64,000 nt of DNA, taken from Paraspadella gotoi. Its lineage: Eukaryota > Animalia > Chaetognatha. Under the pieces are notes generated by a model that made no database searches, was not told the origin of the DNA, and worked only from the letters and a program-made list of their open reading frames with translations. How positions within the stretch are numbered: the first letter of the stretch is position 1; every line of letters starts with the position of its first letter. The translations under genes were made by a program, and so were the position numbers. Positions 16,236-28,300 of the stretch are shown here, piece by piece. The stretch spans positions 12,712,263-12,776,262 of the forward strand of contig CM119264.1 in NCBI GenBank assembly GCA_051294375.1, read 5' to 3'.

Positions 16236-17152
16236 AGAAGAGAGAGAGAGAGAGAGAAGAGAGAGACTGACTTACAAACCCTTCCGGCTTCCCTGAACAG
16301 CGTTCGCGCCCAACCCAGCCCGCCCCTTCCTCACAACCGCCAATGACCCGCAAGTCTCTCGCCAGAGATCCTCCGGACTTCGCCAAGCTCTACGCAACTT
16401 TTCGAGCGTCGACTGCGCGAAAGGCGACGCCGACGAAAACGTCCACGACCCCGCGCCCGTTTAGTCTGAAGACGTCAGAAATCGTCGAGAACAAGCCGAG
16501 AGTCGAAGCGGAAATGCGGCACGAGGTGGGGTCCCATGGATTTAATTTTAATCTTGGTTATACAAGGTGACACAGTGTGTGTCACACACTGAAATCCGTC
16601 GCTAGAAAAAAAAATCGCCTGTGGCAAACCTGTAAAGATTTTTTTTAATTTTAAAACTTTTTTGTAAAAACTAAAATCATTTTATATCTAAATTTCATAT
16701 TCAGATATTGATTGGTTTTGATTTGATTTGGCAATAAGTGAAGAAAACTTGTTTGGAAAATGGCCTCCCATTTTAAAATTGGTTACAATTGGTTACTTTT
16801 TTTGCGCCGCAATGTAGTAAATAAAGTAACGAATTAGTAGCTAAAGTAACGAATTAGTAGCTAACCTTTTACCGTATTGCTCTCCTCTCCAGTTGGAGTG
16901 CGGGAAAGAGCGTCGCTGGCCTTACCTTTCCTCCCTCGCGCCCGTAGAGACGCTTGGCCAACTTCCGGCGGGATTCGTGGCCTCGTACGGGGGCGCCAAG
17001 GGCCACACCCACGAAAAGAAGTCCGATGAGACAAAGGGGAGGTGGAAGGGAAAAGTGGACGATGGGTTGGCCGAAAGGATTAAGTTGACAGCTTTGGCCA
17101 ATGATCCAAAAGTAAGAGAAAGAAAACAAGGAAAAAAAAGAAATAGATAGAT

Positions 17153-17243
<91 letters not shown>

Positions 17244-18012
17244 ACAACAGACAAAAAGTACGTTAAAATCAATCAATCAACCAACTTGCAGTTAATCAAA
17301 AAGTCGGAACGAGATCAAAGAAGGAAAGATCTCCTCCGCGATTCGAGGGAAAGCGTCGTCAACTATCGCCGACACCTCGGAGAGATCGACGAAAAGCTGC
17401 GGGATCGACCTCTCCTGTCGGAAAGGGTGGCGCTGGACGAAGCACAGAAAAAAGCGGAGGAAAAGTGGAGAAAAAAAATTAAGGAGGTTCGTCGGTAGCG
17501 ATGAAAAGCAGAGAAGTTGGGGATAACTATATTAACTATAAGTTACTACGTAAATCCGTGATGCTTTGATGCCTTTGGAGGGTTGGGATTGGATGTATAT
17601 TTTTATATATATATATATTTTTGTTTTTCAGTCTGGAGTGACGGCGGACTTCGTCATAAGAAAAAGTTTCGAAGCGTCAGACGCCGACATGGAGGCCTTT
17701 CGCTCTCGCGGTGGAAAAGAAGACACCGCAAGTCCCGTCGACGGCGCCGCAGCCGAGACAATTTCCGTTGTTGACGATCGAGATGAAAGCGGCGCGCTGC
17801 AAGTCCCGCCACTCGACGAATCTGTAAACGGCGCTTCGTCTATACGCGACGTCGATTTTAGAAAAGACGACGACGAATATTCAGATACTGAAAACACAGT
17901 TTCGAAAACCGAAATTAACGACGACGACGACGACGAGGGAAATGAAGAAGAAGGAAAGTTGGCGGAGGAAGAAGTGGAAGAATATTCATCTGACGAAGAA
18001 TCGGATTCTTGA
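13263..18012 (+). CDS. FAM161A: FAM161A/B-like (UPF0564) cilia/centriole protein, multi-exon
   Basis: Exon peptides WNPKITVPEPF, ECLKQFRAQPPPLHIYAPLLREIEEKKETERR, SRPFEFTRREE, PDFAKLYATF...TTPRPFSLKT, RPLLSER, and an acidic C-terminal tail ending at TGA 18012. Some internal exon boundaries are uncertain. Confidence 0.75.
16196..16266 (+). repeat. (AG)n microsatellite directly after a splice donor in a FAM161 intron
   Basis: Visible run following TCG|GTGAGAGAG. Confidence 0.95.
17152..17244 (+). repeat. (GAAA)n microsatellite, intronic
   Basis: Visible run; source of the FFLS-repeat spurious ORFs. Confidence 0.95.
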
Positions 18013-18618
18013 TTCAGAATCAGAGCTATTTGCTAATTTCAAACATGGGTCACGGGAAAGAAGAAAGCAAAAACTATGAATAAAAGTTTCACTGAAAACT
18101 GGAAAAAAGAATTAAGAAAATTATCGGCGACGAGAGACGAGTTTGTCAGACGAAGTCAAATCATTTTCACTAAGAAACAAAGGTGAAATATTCGCGTAAG
18201 TACACACTCCACACTCTACAACCGCTTCAATAAACTACCCAACCATATAAGTTTTTGAGAGATTGACGGCTCGGATCCTTCAGACTACTGTCACGTGACA
18301 GGCATGATAACGGCGTTTAAAATTCTTTTGTTTCACTGCATTTATGCAATTTGCCGTCGTAAGATCTACTCAATTTTTGTGTTTTTCTTTTATTTGTCGT
18401 TTCTTAGCGGACACTAAAAAGAAAAAAAACTTTTTGGCAGATAGTCGTACTGTATTCTCTTCATTGGAAAAGTTTAAACAATGAACAATAAGTTTTAGGT
18501 AATGGCGCGAAAATTTAGGGGGCAAAGATAGGCGAGAGATAGTTTGCTAATATAAAAAAGGAAAATTTGTACCGATAATTGGTAGATGTCTTATACAATT
18601 CGATCGGCAACGCGAAAG

Positions 18619-18867
18619 AATTTCGGCAAGGAAATGGGGATTAACAAGGATGTAAAAAAAGCGCGGTTATTTGACTGTGCGGGGGCGAATCTCCCCGCAG
18701 ATGCCATCTCCGGACTTCGTTAGCGTTGTGTGTGGGTTCTAACGACGAAAACAGAGATCGTTAGTAGAAGGGATTATTCGCCGTTTCGTCATTTCGTTAT
18801 GCTTTTCTTCTTGGACTCTTTCCAATTTTTACGTATTTGTATCTCCCCAGTTTCCCTTTCCGAATTT
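18619..18867. other. Long imperfect hairpin in the 3' UTR of troponin T cassette B
   Basis: Nested complementary blocks: GGAAA/TTTCC, TGGGGA/TCCCCA, GTAAAAA/TTTTTAC, AAAAGC/GCTTTT, TGAC/GTCA, GGCGAAT/ATTCGCC, TCCC/GGGA, ATCTC/GAGAT, TCGTTAG/CTAACGA. Confidence 0.75.
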
Positions 18868-19335
18868 ATAAAGCGGGATAAGTGAAAAAATACAAACAGG
18901 AAAACGTGTGACATGAATTTATTATTATTAAAATGTAACAATAATTATTACGAGAAAAGTGGACATCTACGCGACCCGAGTCGACATTCCTCGATAAAAA
19001 AAAGGCAAAGAGATTTTGCGGTCGATCGAACCACCGCCGATAGAGGGCGACGTTGCACAGATTGTGACGATTTTTCCATGTTTTTGAGATGTTTTGAACT
19101 TTGTTGCTTTGCTCCTACGTCGGGCCCTTTGTCGACGTCGGGTTTTGTAGATTCGATGAGACCTGAAAAAAAAAATGGTGGGAGATGAATTTAAAAAATT
19201 CTTGACATAAAGTTTTTTTCTTTTTTTTTATATCTAGGCCCAAAGGTTGCATAAAAAATAAATTTTAAGCTATAAGTTAGTATGAAGAAAAATAGTCACG
19301 AAAACAGACAGAGCCTCATCACTCACCAGAACTCT

Positions 19336-22300
19336 CTAGTTGACTGGAAGAGGCTCGGGTTTGAAGACAATGAGATTCTGAAATAGATAATGGTAGAGGT
19401 TTTTCCCTTAAAAGTGTATCGCGTCATGCGTTTCATATTAAATAATCAACAATTTTAACAATCTCTTAAGACTTAAGAGATGATTTGCAGAGTTTTCAAG
19501 ACTCACGGCGGCTTTGGCGGATTCGTAATCCTCGAAGATGAGGCGCCTCTCCGTGAGGGTGCGCCTGTCCTTTTGTCGCTCGTACTTCGAGAAGAGGGAC
19601 AGTTTGGGCTGCGGGGGTAAACAGTTCATAGATGGATAGAAAAGGTCAAAGGAAGGGTATGACGTAGAATTTCAAGGAAATTAATATTAAATTAAAATTA
19701 AATTAACCTAAAAGATTCTCACTATATTGAGTGAATTATCTTGGTTGATACTGCATAATGATATCTAACAAATTGACAGACGAAAGAAAACAATCGCACT
19801 CACCGGAGAATCCTTGTACCTCTCGGCAATCCAAGTATAGCTGTAATTTCATAAACGAAAAGACCAATTGGGAGTGATTTTAACGTCTATATGTATTAAT
19901 TCACGCACGTTAGTGATTCAAACCGGATGTGAAATCGATTAATGAAGAGAAAGACGAATTTCAAAAAAAAATATAGGGCCTTTCTGATAACTGAAATGCT
20001 GTCAGCATTGCTGAATAAAAACTCAACAAAGGCGTGTTTGTCTATCTGGAGAAATAGCCAAAATCAGAATCTGTCTCAATCTGACTGAAATATATTTTAA
20101 AATTACATTAAAAGACGACGTTTTTGGCAGATAGCGATTTGAATTTCTTTTAGAGATTTTCGAGAGCATACTGGACGATCTTTTAGGAGGTATTACAATG
20201 AAACACCATTAATGAAAATATAGAGAGAGATATATCAACGATACCTATGACATGCTGTGACATTCGTGATACAAGGAGACACGAAACAAAAACCTCTGGC
20301 TCGGGGACGGAAAGGGTTTTGCTTCCGATTCGCGAGAGTCCGCTTGGGAGACGTCGAGTTCCGCGTCGAATCCCGTTAGCGTTGTGTGTGGGAGCCTAAC
20401 GAGGATGGAACGCGGCGACTCCGACGCTCCGATGACGGAGCCGCCGACTAATTCAAGGCGTCGGAGAGGCGAACCCTTTCCATTAAATCCAAAGATTTTG
20501 CTTTAGGTTTTACGTCTCAAGTTTCAAGAAATTAAAAAAAAAAAACCATTGATGACAATAGTACAATTTTTAAAAAAATCATGCAAAAAATGCTGTAGAT
20601 AAGCTATAAGGTGTATACTTTTTGTGGGGTAACAATATGAATAGCAAGATTAGGCGATCTATCCTGTGTTTTCGAATGGTAACCGTAGTTGTGTTTACTG
20701 TCGGGGCCGAAACCGGATGATGAAACTTAATAAGTTTCTGGCCTCATGAACAAAGTGGCGTTAATATGGATTTCTGAGTTTAGTTTTTCTTCTTTGATGG
20801 TTGTGAGTTTTGAACGTCTTCTTCGACCTAGTAGAAGTAGTTATATTATTATCATCATTGTTATGATTATCTTTTCTTATTATATTTTAATCATCACCTT
20901 TAATTGACCGGCAGAGGAATGGGTTTTTCCACACGGAGACCCTGAAAGAAAATTAAATATTTTGTTAGGATACGATTATTTAATTTTTAGTTAGCAATAT
21001 TTTTTGCGGGCCTCAGATAATATTTGAAGCCTAAAATATACTATATTTTTCAAACTTTTCAGACTAAATCTTAGTAAATTTAATTTTGATACCTAAACCA
21101 ACAAAATTTTATTTACAGTAGAGAATAAAATTTAATATTTAGAATGCCAAGTTTAACTATTAAATATTAAACAATATTTTGGTTGATGAAATTAAGCCGT
21201 ATAGCGATTAACAATTATACGTTGACAAATGTCTGATTTGGAGAGTGAAAAATTGAACAAAATCACAAAAGATATTTGGATTCTTTCCAATTTTTTTTCT
21301 TGATCACGCTTAAAACAAACTGTTATCAATCCGACATTGTTAAATTTTTTATCTACCCATCTCTCTCTCTCTCTCTCTTTTTCTCTCTCTCTCTCTCACA
21401 CACACACACGCACTCTTTTATTCTTTTCGTCCGGTTTACTTACTCCAACGCTTATAAACAAAGATCACTCTTCAAGGCCATGAACATTGAACATAAAACA
21501 ATGGTAATTAGAGCACTAACACTTTTCATAAAGTACAACCTGGACCGTCTGTTAGTTGATCGGAAGTGGAACGACTTTCTCGACTCAGGAATAATTATAC
21601 TGTGCACATTATCAGAAATCCCTTGGACGTAACAGAATAATTTACCTTACAAAACATTTTTTCCCAAACATCCAAAAAACCGCGCTATCACTATTAAACA
21701 AAATAAAAATTTTCTCTTTCCAATATAACAGAACAAAGCTCTAATTCTAAACGAAATTTGACTAAATGCCTAAGAAAATACTTGATTGATTTAACCTATT
21801 TCGACAATATAAAAAATTTTAAAAAAATAAATAAGAAAAGAAAATCACCTTGGCTTTAGCATCCTCTGGATCTTGATAAATAAGGCGTCTCTCCGTGAAA
21901 GACCTCCTGTCCTTTTGCCTCTCGTATTTTGAGAAAAGCGAAATTTTTGGCTGTGAAAATAGGGAATATGATACATTGTACATTATAGGTCCCCATATAT
22001 TTGCTTTTAGCCTGGTGTGGAATAATTAAAGCTCCTGAAAACCGCTGTGTAAACAACGCCTGAAAAAATTGTCATATAGCCTATTGCATCACATTGTATT
22101 GCATTGCTTAATGCACTTTATTATAATATAAAAATTATACATAAAATATTGCTAATAAAATTGTTAAACAGATAATAACCTTACGAGATAAAAGATTCAG
22201 TGACGCCTATTATACAAAAAAATTTTTATATAGTATATAACTTTTATTAAGATAACCTAAACATACCGGTGCTGTGGCGAAATTCTGAGAAATCCATGGG

Positions 22301-25300
22301 AAGCTTTTTGGTTTGTAAAAAGTAAATGTATAGTTATAGTTTATATTAAGAAGTGTATCTATGTGCTTTCTGCAAATTAACAAGATGCAACGGTAGTTTT
22401 TTCGTGCCATCTCGATTTGTGGGATGAAAATAGTACGTTTTTGAAATTGTTTACAAAAAATGGGATAATATAAAAAATCATGCTTATATGAATATTCAGT
22501 TTCGTCGCAAAGATCTCGTATTTCTTTCCACAACCGTAAACACAATTACTCACTGCTGAATTTTTTCGGCCGTTCGATACTCACTGGAGAACTCGTATAC
22601 CGATCTTGCAACCACGAATATCTATGCTCGTCGGGCAGATGCGAGGGAGAGATGCAGTCAGAGAGAGATATCGATCGAGAATTTGAACGTAGATGCAGGA
22701 TAAAAGGCGATGCGGGAAAACGAAGGTGTTTATAATCACAGGATTTGAAAAGGTTAAAAAAAAAACTGTTTTTACCATGCAGGTTGCCTTAGAACTTCTA
22801 TGTGACGTGCAAATTAAGTGTCGATGTAATCCTACGACGTGTTGATTAAAATTTTTGCTTTTCTTAAGCGTCAAAAAATTATTATCGCAGGTGACGATGA
22901 CATTTGTAAAAATAATTTTACCGATAATCTATGGCAGAAATTTGTTACAGGCAAAAGACAGCGGTTGCAAGCAAAACATGCAATCCCGTATTGAAATACA
23001 AAAGCTAACATAACGGTAAACTTTCCTAAAACCTTTACATAATCTTGCATGCGTAAGAAATGTACTTCATAACATGCGTCCGATAGCGAAATTTTAAGGT
23101 TGATTAAAGCACGGCACAATTTACTGCAGAGCCATGTTAGTTTCTAGGAGAGAATATAAAAAAAGAAACTAGAATGAAATGAGCATAATATGAAAAAAAT
23201 GATTAAAAAATTGATATAAAAAATTAACTGATATAAAATACATACACGGAGCCGCCCAAGCCGGTGTGGCCGGTGGGAGTTCTCCTGCGTCTATAGGGAT
23301 GAAGAAGGAAAAATGGCATTAATGAGCAATCAGCATAATGAGCAATTCAGCATACCTAGAGGATAGTTTACACTTATGATAATTTAATTTAAATTAAATA
23401 GTATGCATTTCAAAATTCAAATACAATCATTTTCGTATAAATTTTCTCTGCGATAATATTCCTAAAATCCAATGAGAGAAATAACAACAGATTTAAAGAA
23501 CAACTTACCCCCTGTTCATCTGTCGGGCACGCTCTGCGAGCTCCATCATCTGCAAAGGGCAATTAGAAATGAGAAGTTTTTAAAAAAATATATAAAAAAA
23601 ACCACAGATTATAACGAAACGAAACAAGAAACCTCACGATTTAGGACAACAACAAGCCGAGACTCACGTCGTAGTTCTGCCTCTCGAACTTCTGCTGGTG
23701 GTCATAGCAATTGGCTTCCAGGTTCCAGATGATCTGATGGAGGATTTTGGCGCGCTCGACGAGGCCGTTGTAGTCCAAACCGTCGATCTCGAATGGCACG
23801 ATGCGGCTGAGGATAATGTTCTGCTTCTCGATGTCCAATTGCTCTTTGGACTTTTGAGAATCCTCTTTGTAGCGGAGGATGTTGCTCAACTGGGTAGAGT
23901 GAAAAGGGAGACGGAGAAAGTTACAATATTTTGGGAAAAAAAGGGAAAAAAAAGGCTGGAAAGTAGGAAAAAGTGTTCGGAGACCCACCTTCGATCCCAG
24001 GACCTTGATGGGAGTCCTCTTTCCCTTAGGAATGATGGGGAAGCCATACTGGTCGACCTCACCGGATGGCTAAACCAAAATAGGGTAAAAACATAATTAT
24101 TAAGTGATTGAAATGAAATCCGTCTTTGTTTAACAGCAATTTAAACGCGACGAGACAAACAGTGAAAAAAACACAAAAATCATATTTTGATGTTATAGTC
24201 GAAGGATAGTGGTTAATAAGTTAAAAAAATCAGGGTAGGGTTGTAGTGCGTAGAAGCAAATCCAGGTTATCGTTCTAAATTACCGGCTGGGTGATGTCAA
24301 TAACGACAGGGATGTCCTCCTCCCTGATCGGTGGTGGTTCCTTCTGCCAATTTTCATGCGGCAGATTTCGCATGCAAAGAAAGTAAAGAGATCCAAACGG
24401 AAAATAAAATCGCGCAACAATAACAACAATAGCTTTTCTCAATAAATTTTTTAAAAAATTTATAAAAAGAATTATATTTATTTTTGACAAAATGTTGATC
24501 ATTCTGGTCATGCAAAGAGATGGGAATTTGGCATAAACTGAGGGAGAGAAAGAGAGAGAAATAGAGAAAGAGACAGACCATGCTTACACAATATCTTACC
24601 GAATACTTTGCCAGACCAGACTAGAAGTATAATGTAAAAGTATTGACATAAATGTTAATATATAATCTAAACGGATTAATTCTTATTCTAATATGCAACT
24701 ATATTGATCAGAAACTTACCGCTTCCTCACTTTTGAAAGCCGACGAAAAGAAAGGAAGGGAATTAGAAAAAAGAAAAAGAAACAAAAAATATTAACGTTT
24801 TATCCCTTTGAGGTTTATGTCCATGCCTCGATAGAGACTCTATACGGAATTTTAAACGGTCTTACTCTCTCCAACCCGAAACTTCTGTTAAAATATTCTT
24901 TATAATTATATGTATAGTCGTAGTGAAGACTGAAGATAAATATTTCGAAGATATTCCCCGAATCCCTGCAAAACCCATACGTACGCTGCGGGGGCAGCCT
25001 CGCCCTCCGCTGGTGGGGCCGCCTCTCCCTCTGGTTTGGCCTCGCCCTCTGCCGGTGGGGCGCCTTCCCCTTCCGGTTTTGCCTCGCCCTCCGCTGGGGG
25101 CGCGCCCTCTGCGGGCGCCGCTCCCTCGCTGCACGTACAAACAGAAAAAAAGTGCTTCATGCAAACAATACATGCTCATGCAAAATGAAGTGCTTTTATT
25201 TGAATAACTTAAGTGTAAATTAACCAAAAAAATCTAGACACTCTTAGGATCTAAATACAGCCTGCTACTACGTACGTACTAACGTAAAAGTGTCTAAATG

Positions 25301-28300
25301 TGGTTATTGACTAAGAGATATTCCATGGGCTTTGACTAAAACAAATTCATTGTCCTTTACTGGGCCCTTTTCTTTAGTGATTACATAAAGGTAATATTTA
25401 CATACGATATATTATTATAACTCAATTATAATTTCACTTTATTCCCTAGGCTCATAAATTATAATATCGATATATGTTTATTAATAAAAACCAAGTTGCA
25501 ATTACGCGGGCGCAGCGGCTTCTCCCTCGGCAGGCGGCGCTCCCTCTCTGTTCAAAATCAAATAAAAGATCATGAATTGATTGAAAGAACAATTCTCATG
25601 TTATCACTTGTTAGGAATGGCATTTTTTTTAGAATAGCAAATTCAATGTTACGTCACGCGAACACGATCGGCGGAAACCCTTTTCGCGATTTTTGAAGAA
25701 ATATGAAATGAAAAAAAAAGTTTTGTGAAGCAAAGGATATTTTTTTCAACTGATTGCCAGAAAATGCTAGGAAGTGTGAAACTCGGACTATTGTCGCAGC
25801 AATAACAGGAAATAAACCAAAAGAATTAAGCGAATTCATGTAATAATTGTCCTTTACAGGAATTTAAGCATTTAATAGTAAAACTTGAAGCTTTTTTATA
25901 ACGAAAATAATAAAATGGTAAATATGAAGGGATAGCAAATTAATGTCTGTTACCCAACTTAGCAGCAAAGTTATTCGTTAAAAAGCTTTTTTCTATTTAA
26001 TGTAGCGCATATTGATGAAAAGGCCTGATTTGTTAAGATATCTAAAAAGCGAATAATGGATACCTAGGATTATTAACATTTTCACAATAGTGCTATATTT
26101 TTAGTTATATTTTAAATGATTTTAATTTTTACGCTGCTGTCGATTCGGCCGTTTGAGGCGCTTCCGATGACGTCCTAAAAATGATATTGTTTTTCTCGGA
26201 TCAATGATCTTCATAAGGGTTGGTGTTTCCGCAACTTATTTAGTTACAAAAAAGTGCAACGTCAAAACAATTAAAATAGTAAATATTAAACATATCTAAG
26301 AAGTAGTTATATGGTTGAATGAAGCGTTTAAAATTTAAATTAATTTCACATTTTATTTGGATTTAATATAAGATGTATGTTATAAAAAATAAGACAAATG
26401 TACTTCAAAATGAACCACAATAACGAAGTTTTGAATATTTTAAAAACTGTATTTACGCTGCCGGAGGACTGAATGGAGTAAAACAGAAGTAAATATTTTA
26501 TCTCTGTATAAATTTTCATCTATTTTATATAATTGATAAAATAAATTAGTAGAAATCCAAAGAGAAAATTAATTGTAAGTAACGGTAAAAAATTAACAAA
26601 TAACCAATGTATAGCCCATAGGTTAGGTGGTTGTTATTTTTTCCCTAAAAAAAAGTAACAAATCTCATCTGTAAAAGATTATCTACTATCTAGGATAGCA
26701 AATTAAAATGGATCTTTGCAACAAAAAATACTAACTTAGCGATCTAGAATGTCTAAGAGATAGCATTAGATAGCATGAATTAGCGTGAAATATCGTGCTC
26801 AATAAAGCTCGAGGCGGACGTCATCCAAGCTAAAGTTTTTCATTCAAAAATCTAAACCTTTCAGCGACTGGATTCGTCCACACTATAAAGCATTATATTT
26901 TTTCCTTCTTAATTCAAAACCTTCAAAAACTAAAAATATTTCACTGTACAATTCTTATAAACAAACTCAGAGAAATGCTTTTTAGTTAATGTACTTACTC
27001 CGCTGGTGGAGCCTCTTCCACTCTTTTTTGTTTTTATTAAGTAAAAATGTAAGTCAATTATTTTTTTAAAAATTGAAATGAGCCTTTTAAAGTCTGCATC
27101 TCCTCCCGGGAAACGTAACTTTCATGCGAGAAGAAAAAAATATCAGATATGCAGTTTTTGTGCCGTGTTTACTGACAAGATCCCCTAAAAGAAATTTTGA
27201 AAACCTAGTAATACGGTGGGGATGATTATCAGTATAAAACAACGGCTGTATTGCGGTCAAAAAGTTTTCTCAGTCTGAAAAGTTTACTTAATATTTGATC
27301 ACTTTTTGACCACTTTTAGTCCTATCTGTCGTGTAAGCTTAGAAATGATCAATCTTATCTGAGCTGAGTCCGCAAAGTAAATATTAAAAATTGGATCGCA
27401 AATGACGTTTGCATCAGTATTTTTTACTTTTTAACAATTTTAGAATGAATAAAGTTTCTATCCTTTTTAAAAATAATGTTTTTACCGACCACCGCTAGGG
27501 CTAGTATGGAGGTTTTTATGTTTACGTGTTATTCAAAGGATACAAGGAGATTATTTCATAAAACGAGAAAAAAGTATTAGGACAAGTAGTAGTGAAACAT
27601 TAAAAAGAGAACAATTTAAACAAATTTTATGACATCTATTCTAGAGAGAATTTCAGGGCAAAAGAGCTATACTGAAGAATTTCCTTACGGGGCGCCCTCT
27701 TCCGCGACCGATTCGAGAGCCTGAATGATCTCGGCGGCCGGAGCAGCTCCCTCGCCGCCCTCTACTGGGGGCGTGCCAGGAACGGAGGCGGGAAACGGAG
27801 TCGGGTTTGACATGTCAGCCTGTTGGCCGAACTCCTTCTTCACCCTATCGTTTACGATTAATTACTATCATTCTTACAAGTATAAGTATTATTATAAGTT
27901 TATAACTATATATGTAAGAATACAAGTCTTATTATTATTATTGTTATTAAAATTATTATTAATACTCAATTATCTAATAACTTTGAATTAATCTACTATA
28001 TATATCTTTACTTAGAGTCATCGGCAGGGGCAGCCTCAGCCGGGGCTTCTTCGGCGGCGGGAGCTGGGGCGGGAGCTTCTTCCGCGGGAGGGGCGCTGTT
28101 TTGAGTCAACGAAAATTGTAAAAAGTTGTATTTTTCGATTTGTATGGAAAAAAATGTGTCCCTTAAGTTTTTCGGTTTGTTTTCGTCGATGTATTTTTCA
28201 CCAATGTAGACTTATAATATATTTATATGGCATCTGGGAAAATACGTTCTGTTTCTTAAACCGCAGTTGCATGGCGCCGAGTTTTTTAAATCTTCACATA

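Noticed and set aside
16869-17276. ORFs with FFLS repeats (also ERERER, LSLSLS and YLSI ORFs at 47.0, 53.9, 55.8 and 62.6 kb)
   Set aside because: Translations of microsatellites.
18290-18299. Perfect CLEAR/E-box palindrome GTCACGTGAC
   Set aside because: It lies between convergent 3' ends with no gene start nearby, and one 10-mer is insufficient. It would matter only if a + strand hairpin transcript is found.
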